This document shows positions 57,221 to 64,000 of a stretch of 64,000 bases of DNA, piece after piece. Source of the DNA: Candidatus Omnitrophota bacterium. GTDB lineage: Bacteria; Omnitrophota; Gorgyraeia; Gygaellales; Profunditerraquicolaceae. The stretch's first letter is position 1, and the number at the start of each line of letters is the position of its first letter. Below the pieces are notes generated by a model. That model was not told where the DNA came from, did not search any database, and saw only the letters and a program-made list of their open reading frames with translations. The position numbers were made by a program, and so were the translations under genes. The DNA lies in assembly GCA_041650835.1 (NCBI GenBank), contig JBAZKL010000002.1, forward strand, positions 338,472-402,471. Reading direction: 5' to 3'.

Positions 57221-58418
57221 TTTTTAAGAATGATTTCGGGATTAAAATAGTAAAAGAACTCCCCTTTTTAACAACGCTCTGCACCTTAATTGATCCGCCG
57301 TATTTATTAACGATCTCCTGACTGATCGCCAAGCCTAATCCCGTGCCTTTATCCATGCTTTTTGTAGTAAAAAACGGCTCAAAGATCCGCTTTAAGACCT
57401 CTTCCGGTATGCCGAAACCTGTGTCCGCGATGGTAATAGCGACAAACGATTCCTTAAGCGCGGTCTCTATCTCTAAAACACCCCCCTTAGGCATAGCATC
57501 CAAGGCATTCTCAATAATATTAATCACCACATGGGACAAGCCAAAATCCATGATTTTCGGAAGCTCAACATTATAATTCTTCGTTATCTTAATATTACCT
57601 TCCAGGGCCTCCCCAAAGACGTCTAAGGATTCATCAATCAAAGAATGAATATCAATGTAGTGTTTATGGTGCGCAGTACTTAAATTTATCTGGCGCGAGA
57701 ACTCCAAGAGCGAACGAGTGATCTTAGCAATACGGTTTAATCCTTTAGTGATCTCCAAAAGATACTCCCTCATTGCCGAATTATCCTCCATCTGGTCGAG
57801 CAGGATATTAGCGTATCGAATAACCCCGTCGAGGGGATTATTGATCTGATGAACGACACCCGCGGCAAGCTTTCCTACCGAAGCGTATTTTTCTAATAAC
57901 ACCTTCTGCTTGTCTAAAGCCTCATTTTCCTGCTTTAACCCGGTATAACTATTCAAACTTTCCAGAGCCAGGCAGGCGTATTTAGAGATCGTGACCGCGA
58001 GATTAAGGTCCTCTTCCGAGAAATGCTCACCCGTTGATTTATCCGCTAAATTGATCAATCCCAAAAGCCGCTCAGAGGTGAAAATAGGTATAGACATGAA
58101 CGAATTAGTCTGGTAATGCGTATATCCATTCTGCTTAAAACGGGAATCAGAATTAATGTCTTTGACAAGAACAGGGGTTTTTATATCAGCGACTTTGCCG
58201 GAGATCCCTTCCCCCAGCCTTTGGCGCAATTCTTTCAAATGAGTGTTTTCAGGGACATAAAATGAATTAAGGACAAGCTCTTTTTGCTCGCAATCAAACA
58301 AAAACAAAGACCCACGATCCGCGTGCACCACCGCCATTATCTCTTTGAGCGTCCTGCTTAAAAAATGCTTCAGGATCCCGCCGGAATCCTTATTTTCTAA
58401 TATCCTGAGTTCTGTCAT
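57210..58418 (-). CDS. soluble GAF-sensor histidine kinase
   Basis: GAF, then HisKA ([12 protein letters not shown]), then HATPase (ENALDAM…DTGFGIPEE…GTGLGLAI). No TM segments. Confidence 0.85.
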   Translation of the reverse strand: MTELRILENKDSGGILKHFLSRTLKEIMAVVHADRGSLFLFDCEQKELVLNSFYVPENTHLKELRQRLGEGISGKVADIKTPVLVKDINSDSRFKQNGYTHYQTNSFMSIPIFTSERLLGLINLADKSTGEHFSEEDLNLAVTISKYACLALESLNSYTGLKQENEALDKQKVLLEKYASVGKLAAGVVHQINNPLDGVIRYANILLDQMEDNSAMREYLLEITKGLNRIAKITRSLLEFSRQINLSTAHHKHYIDIHSLIDESLDVFGEALEGNIKITKNYNVELPKIMDFGLSHVVINIIENALDAMPKGGVLEIETALKESFVAITIADTGFGIPEEVLKRIFEPFFTTKSMDKGTGLGLAISQEIVNKYGGSIKVQSVVKKGSSFTILIPKSFLKNAS

Positions 58419-59263
58419 GGCTTATTCAACTCCTTAAGTAAAAGCGCAGATACTTTACTATACCTGCTTTTGGGATACTCCTTGTTCAATCGAGTGAGTA
58501 TCTCTTGTGCCTTTCCTTTATCTTTTAACTGCTTGGCATATATAATGGCCATTTCAAACATCGCTCCGTCCATTTTCGCTTTACCATTAAACTTTTCAAT
58601 AACTGTTTCGAAAGTTTTAGCGGCCATCTGCCAATCTTTTATGGCTATATAGCATTGCGATACTAATAAATAAGCGTTAAAGGCTAACAAAGAATTCGGA
58701 TACGCCTCAATAAGCGTTTTATATTGCCCTATGGCATCCTGATAGGCGGCGAGCATCTTTTCAGGTTGATATTTGACCTTATAATACTGGGCAATAAATA
58801 TCGGGATATCAAGGGCCTTGACCGTAGTCGGATATTCCCGGGTGATCTTTTTATACTGCTCTAAAGCAGCGCTCCATTTATCCTGCAACTGATAGGTATT
58901 ACCGATGAGGAAAAGAGCTTCGGAACAAATAACCGGCGATTTTTTATTTGCCTGCAGTATCTTCTGCAGCTGTTTACGGGCTGAATCGTATTCTTCTTTT
59001 ACAATATATAAACGGGCAGTATTAAATGAGGCTTCAATTGCCAGCGGATTCTTGGAATTCTCAACAATAAACGCATCTGTTCTCTTCACTACCTGCTCTA
59101 ATTCATGGGGAGGCGAAGCAGCAGGATTTTTGAAAATCTTTTCCCCCAGTTTCTTGATCTTCCAGTATTTTTTCTCGATCGAATACTGATCATTTGAAGC
59201 ACACCCTAAAAATGCTAAAACCATTAAAAGAGAAACGATTTTTAAAATGGAGGCTTTTGTCAT
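58415..59263 (-). CDS. TPR-repeat lipoprotein
   Basis: Lipobox LAFLGC-AS, multiple TPR-like helices; co-operonic (4-nt overlaps) with the HK and the membrane protein. Confidence 0.65.
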   Translation of the reverse strand: MTKASILKIVSLLMVLAFLGCASNDQYSIEKKYWKIKKLGEKIFKNPAASPPHELEQVVKRTDAFIVENSKNPLAIEASFNTARLYIVKEEYDSARKQLQKILQANKKSPVICSEALFLIGNTYQLQDKWSAALEQYKKITREYPTTVKALDIPIFIAQYYKVKYQPEKMLAAYQDAIGQYKTLIEAYPNSLLAFNAYLLVSQCYIAIKDWQMAAKTFETVIEKFNGKAKMDGAMFEMAIIYAKQLKDKGKAQEILTRLNKEYPKSRYSKVSALLLKELNKP

Positions 59264-60183
59264 TTTTGTATTTCTTCAGCAATACCCAAGGTTTTATTAT
59301 CTTGTAATAGGCTATCTTTTTTCATAAGGTAATACAATGCGGTAGAAACAGTAATCGACACATCGACAAACAAAGAAGTGATCAGTACATTTAGGAAAGC
59401 AATAAACAACACTAATTCCGGGTAAAACTTATTTATGATTAAAAGCGTATTATACTGCAAAATAATAATTGGCACATACGCCAACATAGGAATACCGACT
59501 AACACAATAGTTGGAAAGAAAGACTTAAAGAATAAACCGCATGATTTCAGAAGCGCCTTAAAAGGATTAACTTTTTCAATCACCAAAACTGGAATAACGT
59601 AAGCAAAACAAGCCTGAATTAAAACTGAGATCAAAAAACTAATACTAGATAAGAGAGGGCCAAACCACATAGCCGGTTTTAAGAATAAAAGTGTTTTGTG
59701 GCCGGTAAGAAAATATTTCCTTAAACCCACTGAGGGTAACTGCAAAGCTCCCTGGAATATTATAGTAATGATCAGTACTACAAGAAAAAAAGCGGCATAT
59801 TTCCTAAAGGACGCTTTAAAAACATTGATCATCCTTACCGCTCTCTTCTCATAAAGATTAGAAATTACTTGAACCGCCACAGCGCTTAAATATGATCCCG
59901 CTAAAATCGATAAAACAGTACGAGTAATACCTGCTAACTTCGGAATTAAAACAAAATTCATTGGATAATGCAAGAACCTTTCTCCAAAGAAAGCTTTGAT
60001 AGGCGGACCTAAAACAATAACAAACGGCATACGGGGAGAAATGTAGATAAAAATCAACGCGAGTAATTCAAGAATCGTAAAGATAGCAAAGGGGATAAAT
60101 AGTAACTTATTGTGTTTCAGGAGACTAAAAGTATTATTGTATACTTTTTTTAATGATGGGTATTTAGTGGTCTGAGGATTCAT
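59260..60183 (-). CDS. polytopic membrane protein of unknown function (≥7 TM)
   Basis: Hydrophobicity pattern only. No exosortase-type CSG/Arg signature recognised. Confidence 0.45.
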   Translation of the reverse strand: MNPQTTKYPSLKKVYNNTFSLLKHNKLLFIPFAIFTILELLALIFIYISPRMPFVIVLGPPIKAFFGERFLHYPMNFVLIPKLAGITRTVLSILAGSYLSAVAVQVISNLYEKRAVRMINVFKASFRKYAAFFLVVLIITIIFQGALQLPSVGLRKYFLTGHKTLLFLKPAMWFGPLLSSISFLISVLIQACFAYVIPVLVIEKVNPFKALLKSCGLFFKSFFPTIVLVGIPMLAYVPIIILQYNTLLIINKFYPELVLFIAFLNVLITSLFVDVSITVSTALYYLMKKDSLLQDNKTLGIAEEIQK

Positions 60184-60404
60184 TAAACCTCTTATTAATC
60201 ATAATGTTTATAATTTGAAACAACTTGTTTAAGTATACCATTACCATGTTTATTTGTCAAGCTTGCAACCTTTTAATTCACAGCATATTACGTATCTCGA
60301 AAAAAAAAGGGGCAAACCATATTGATTTGCCCCCTCTTATTTGCACCTTCGAAAATGCACCTATGAGGGTGGCATTTCGGAATCATTATTGTGACAAAGA
60401 AAGC

Positions 60405-60995
60405 CTAGGACTTTCTTTTTAAACCAAATAATCCCAAAATACCCATCCCTAATAACATCATACTTGTGGGTTCCGGAATAGCAGTTGTCACCACAAATTT
60501 TGCTCCAGTATTTGAATAATGGCAGTCAGGGTCAATTCCAAACCCATAATTACCATTGGATGAATATTGAGTCAACAAATCAAGCTGTTCGGGCGTGAAA
60601 GTGTATACCCAATTTTCCGTAGCAACATCGGTATCAGTATACGATGTTAACAATGTTCCCTGGCCACTAAAATAATCTTCCATCGTTTCAGGATGGAAAT
60701 AAGCGGCATCATCCCAAATCTGAACAGTTCCCGCAGACATATCATTCAATAAATGTATATACATAGCGTTATCTGCAAAAGGCTCGTTATTAATATTATC
60801 AATACTCAAATACGCGCCTGTGATCGTATCTCCTTCCATAAGAGACCAATCGATACCCCATGTATATGCATAATAATGATCGAGATTCCACAGATTCTCA
60901 GGAGACGGCTGAAACATATATGTAGACGCAAACGCTGAAGTAGAGCCCACGACACCTAAGACGATCACAAAAAGGATAAAAAGGTACTTCTTCAT
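60405..60995 (-). CDS. PEP-CTERM sorting-signal secreted protein
   Basis: Signal peptide; C-terminal IPEPTSMMLLGMGILGLFGLKRKS (PEP + TM + basic tail). Confidence 0.8.
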   Translation of the reverse strand: MKKYLFILFVIVLGVVGSTSAFASTYMFQPSPENLWNLDHYYAYTWGIDWSLMEGDTITGAYLSIDNINNEPFADNAMYIHLLNDMSAGTVQIWDDAAYFHPETMEDYFSGQGTLLTSYTDTDVATENWVYTFTPEQLDLLTQYSSNGNYGFGIDPDCHYSNTGAKFVVTTAIPEPTSMMLLGMGILGLFGLKRKS

Positions 60996-61087
60996 TTTTT
61001 TTCACCTCCCTTCGTTTTCTCTATTTTTAGTGGTTAGATTTTTAATCGCTCCTAACCAACAAAATTTCAAAACTAAAAGTAAATCTG

Positions 61088-62152
61088 CTATAGAACTTTC
61101 TTCTTTCTCAGTTTCTTAGCTGCCGCTAATGTTAATCCACCGACACCAAATAGTAACATTGAGACGGGTTCCGGAACAACCGTTGTAGGATTCAGCAGAA
61201 AAGCGGTAGCTACACCATTATAAGTTCCAGTTCCAATCATCTGCCCCTTTTCATTGATCGCATTAGCAAGCTGCAATGACCATCCGCTTGCAGGATCTAT
61301 TAACCCAGACAAATCCCTCACCCCATTAATGCTATCCCATAAGAATGCTTGACCATTAGCACCACCTACTACCCAACCGGAATTATTAATACTAGTAGCG
61401 CTGCTAGAACTACCCGCTAATGCGTCTAAGAAAAGAGTTGAACCGGCATCAATGTCCCAAATCGTAGGCACATAGCTACCCGAAACCATTGTTTGCCCAA
61501 CCACAACTTTACTATCATTAATATCCGAAGCGGAGCTTTGAGCTGTTGAAATACTCTGCATTGCACCATCCCAAAAAAACGCATGGTTGTAACCGTCGGT
61601 TCCAGCGGAAGAACCAACAACTTGTCCTGCGCTATTTATGTTGCTTGCACCACTTGATGTCCCCCCCAGTGATCCCAAAATTTGCGTACTACCGCTATTA
61701 TCAACGATAAAACCTCTAACATAACCTATCGGATAACGCATATAAGCGTCTCCAACAATTTCGCCACTGTCGTTTATACTATAAGCATTACTCCAAAATG
61801 ATGATCCAACTCCTTTGTCTTGCATACCATCACTATTGCTCCAACAAAAGGCGTTAGATAACCCACTGGATCCAGCGATTTGCGATGTACCAACTATTTG
61901 ACCTAAGTTATTAATAGCTAACGCTCTCGCCCAAGAACCGCCTAAAGTGCCGATATCTTGCACCTGCCCAGTAATATCCCATATAACAGCACGTTCAGAA
62001 CCGCCTATGTTACGGCTTCCAACAATCTGATCCATCTCATTAATACCATACGCATTCCCGGACCCAAGATTAACAACATCATAATCATAAGCAAGCGCGG
62101 ATTGAATTAAACAAGAAAAAAACAGCACGATTAAAACAAATACTCTCTTCAT
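61088..62152 (-). CDS. HAF-repeat PEP-CTERM protein
   Basis: Repeats of the HAF extracellular-repeat type (AYSINDSGEIVG, SNINSAGQVVGSS, SATSINNSGWVVG, ANAINEKGQMIG); C-terminal VPEPVSMLLFGVGGLTLAAAKKLRKKK. Confidence 0.8.
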   Translation of the reverse strand: MKRVFVLIVLFFSCLIQSALAYDYDVVNLGSGNAYGINEMDQIVGSRNIGGSERAVIWDITGQVQDIGTLGGSWARALAINNLGQIVGTSQIAGSSGLSNAFCWSNSDGMQDKGVGSSFWSNAYSINDSGEIVGDAYMRYPIGYVRGFIVDNSGSTQILGSLGGTSSGASNINSAGQVVGSSAGTDGYNHAFFWDGAMQSISTAQSSASDINDSKVVVGQTMVSGSYVPTIWDIDAGSTLFLDALAGSSSSATSINNSGWVVGGANGQAFLWDSINGVRDLSGLIDPASGWSLQLANAINEKGQMIGTGTYNGVATAFLLNPTTVVPEPVSMLLFGVGGLTLAAAKKLRKKKVL

Positions 62153-62303
62153 CTTTTTTGCCCCCTAAATTTTTTGATACCTGTCAACACCCCAGCCCCG
62201 AGCAAAAAAAGAATCGAGCTCACAGGCTCTGGAGCAACGGTTCCGGTCACACTCAGGTAAGGCCTATAGCTAGAACTAGCTTCATCCGAAGAAAAAATCC
62301 GAC

Positions 62304-63032
62304 TTATTTCTTCTTCATACCCCCTAACAATCCCAAAAGGCCAATACCTAACAGTGATAAAGATGCTGGTTCAGGAACCGGGCTCGCTTGGCCCTTTAAA
62401 TAATCGTTGGCGCAAGTCGCTCCGCCATAGAAGACATTAAAAGAACCATCGTAATTATTAAGGAAAGAAGTATCCACAACAGCTTCTACCATATAACGCG
62501 GTCCATTACCGAGAAGTTGGTTCCAAACAACATTGCTTTGCAAATCCAAGAAGCCACCGTTAGCAATAGTCACGATTTGATTATCATGATAAACATACCC
62601 TGCTCCGGGATATGGCCAGGAGTGGCCAACCGTAGGATCATAAACATTAGACAAATTCCAGGTGGACACACTATAGAGCCCGCCAGAAGTAAGGCCATTA
62701 TGCCCCGTAAAAGCTACTCCATACTCATAGATCCCATCCTTATTCAGATCCAAAGCCAGATCAGCCGGTAAAGTATTCCAACCGCCGGTTTGTTCTCCGG
62801 TAGAAGGATAATTGGTAAAAAGATCAAAAATCAAATTTGAGCCAACTTGACTGATATTCATACCGTAAAGTTCATACATATTATCGCCTATTCGGTCAAA
62901 TGACTGAGCATCGCGCCCGCTGTTCCAATAAAAAGCATCGCCAACCGGATCATTAATGGTATAGGCGAAAGCGGTCCCTCCGAGCAACAATATACTTACA
63001 AAACTCAATACTACTAATGTTAATTTTCTCAC
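62304..63032 (-). CDS. PEP-CTERM sorting-signal secreted protein
   Basis: Signal peptide; C-terminal PVPEPASLSLLGIGLLGLLGGMKKK. Confidence 0.8.
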   Translation of the reverse strand: MRKLTLVVLSFVSILLLGGTAFAYTINDPVGDAFYWNSGRDAQSFDRIGDNMYELYGMNISQVGSNLIFDLFTNYPSTGEQTGGWNTLPADLALDLNKDGIYEYGVAFTGHNGLTSGGLYSVSTWNLSNVYDPTVGHSWPYPGAGYVYHDNQIVTIANGGFLDLQSNVVWNQLLGNGPRYMVEAVVDTSFLNNYDGSFNVFYGGATCANDYLKGQASPVPEPASLSLLGIGLLGLLGGMKKK

Positions 63033-63046
63033 TATGATTTCCCTTT

Positions 63047-63919
63047 CTAATTAGCGCCTTTTCCTGTAAAAACAACAAAAACAGTCTGGGCTAATATCCT
63101 CATTTCAACCCACAAACACATCTTTTTAATGTATAAAAGATCATATTTTACTTTTTTCCTGACATCAGCTATTGTTTCATCGTACCTATTATATATCTGA
63201 GAAAGGCCGGTTATACCAGGCTTGACAATAAGCCTTTTTTCATAGTCGCAAATAAGTTTCTTAAAATCCCTGACCATTTCAGGCCTTTCCGGCCGAGGGC
63301 CGACAATGCTCATTTCACCCTTTAAAACATTAAATAACTGAGGGATTTCATCAATTCTGGTCTTTCTTAGGAATTTTCCAATAACGGTAATACGAGGATC
63401 ATTCCTTTTTGCCCAAACTGCACCCGTCCCTTTTTCCGCATCAACCCTCATAGTTCTCAACTTATATATTTTAAATGTCTTGCCACCTCTGCCTACCCGA
63501 TTTTGCTGATAAACTATTGATCCTCGAGAATCAATTTTGATAAAAATTGAAGCAAGAATGAGCAATGGCGCGCCAATAATCAAACCAATTATAGCTAATA
63601 CTATATCTAAAACTCTTTTGATCTTCCGGAAGCTTCTGCGCACAAAACTAACAATAAGACCACCGATCCCACCCAAAACAAACAAAAACGAGCTAGGTTC
63701 AGGAGCTTGAGTCTTTTTTACTGGAACTTGATTGAACTCAATCCCCATCTGATTATTTTGTTCATAGGATATCGAATTACCCAAGAAAGTAATCGCAAAG
63801 ATATCCTTTCCCCTTAAAACAGGCTCCAAAACAAAAAGCGTCATTATTAATAATATTCCGATACTAATCCTTTTCATAGTTTGTTTAAATTTAAGTTTTA
63901 TTATATTTTTTTTTCCCAT
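63047..63919 (-). CDS. polyprenyl-phosphate glycosyl-phosphotransferase ('bacterial sugar transferase', priming) with an N-terminal PEP-CTERM-like extension
   Basis: Catalytic region KRVLDIVLAIIGLIIGAPLLILASIFIKIDSRGSIVYQQNRVGRGGKTFKIYKLRTM…GITGLSQ is typical of WbaP-C/PglC-type transferases. The preceding 95 aa read like a signal peptide followed by QAPEPSSFLFVLGGIGGLIVSFVRR. Confidence 0.75.
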   Translation of the reverse strand: MGKKNIIKLKFKQTMKRISIGILLIMTLFVLEPVLRGKDIFAITFLGNSISYEQNNQMGIEFNQVPVKKTQAPEPSSFLFVLGGIGGLIVSFVRRSFRKIKRVLDIVLAIIGLIIGAPLLILASIFIKIDSRGSIVYQQNRVGRGGKTFKIYKLRTMRVDAEKGTGAVWAKRNDPRITVIGKFLRKTRIDEIPQLFNVLKGEMSIVGPRPERPEMVRDFKKLICDYEKRLIVKPGITGLSQIYNRYDETIADVRKKVKYDLLYIKKMCLWVEMRILAQTVFVVFTGKGAN

Positions 63920-64000
63920 TTCTTCTCTTTAACTCACTTTCTATACATTAATTTATTTTCTTTAATATCTTTCATATTATTATAAGCATTAACCATGCCA

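Noticed and set aside
59260-60183. Calling the 307-aa polytopic membrane protein the exosortase
   Set aside because: It has about the right size and TM count, but I could not find the exosortase-type catalytic Cys (CSG-like) or Arg motifs, so it is left as unknown.
1-64000. CRISPR arrays, rRNA genes, prophage or integrase genes
   Set aside because: No regularly spaced direct repeats of 25-40 nt, no rRNA-like conserved stretches, and no integrase, transposase or phage structural genes were seen.

Overview
This 64-kb window comes from a moderately AT-rich (~40-45% GC) bacterial chromosome, apparently a diderm, and is mostly co-directional housekeeping genes. The evidence for diderm: LPS heptose genes gmhA/hldE-like, ExeA/GspB, sigma-54, and PEP-CTERM proteins. 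Recognisable genes on the + strand (from 108) include tyrA, cmk, lepA, lepB, pgsA, plsY, rpsU, aroQ, an M24 peptidase, efp, accB, accC, Asp23/AmaP, pfk, gmhA, a heptose-1-P adenylyltransferase, thiE, thiC, tRNA-Gly(CCC), a LysM/M23 peptidase, a dGTPase-like HD protein, an HD-GYP protein, a SPOR protein, a site-2 protease, aroB, rlmB, lexA and dinB. Three regions stand out. (1) 5.5-13.4 kb: an AT-rich 1.4-kb non-coding island (MITE-like element, 9-nt tandem repeats, candidate sRNA) sits in front of a four-gene secreted-protein operon. The operon encodes spore-coat-U (SCPU)-type pilin-like subunits, one of them a three-domain protein, then a PapD-like Ig-fold chaperone, then a 934-aa outer-membrane protein with an atypical TPR + secretin-N-like + beta-barrel + 2x Cna-B architecture. 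This looks like a non-canonical archaic chaperone-usher-like fibre system and is my best candidate for an undescribed system. (2) 49.5-64 kb: a PEP-CTERM/exosortase-associated locus. Its components are a fused acyl-AMP ligase-ACP-PlsC acyltransferase, a FeeM-like N-acyl amino-acid synthase, rpoN, a sigma-54 NtrC-type regulator, a soluble GAF histidine kinase, a TPR lipoprotein, a PocR-GAF sensor, three PEP-CTERM cargo proteins (one with HAF repeats), and a priming sugar transferase whose N-terminus carries an embedded PEP-CTERM-like segment. No exosortase is seen in the window. (3) Several repeat families in intergenic DNA: a ~150-bp AT-rich palindromic element in three copies, a 'gtcacaagtcacaagt...tagtccatagt' element in two copies, and GC-rich hairpin arrays. 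No rRNA or CRISPR was seen. I cannot run similarity searches here, so all product calls rest on motif recognition.
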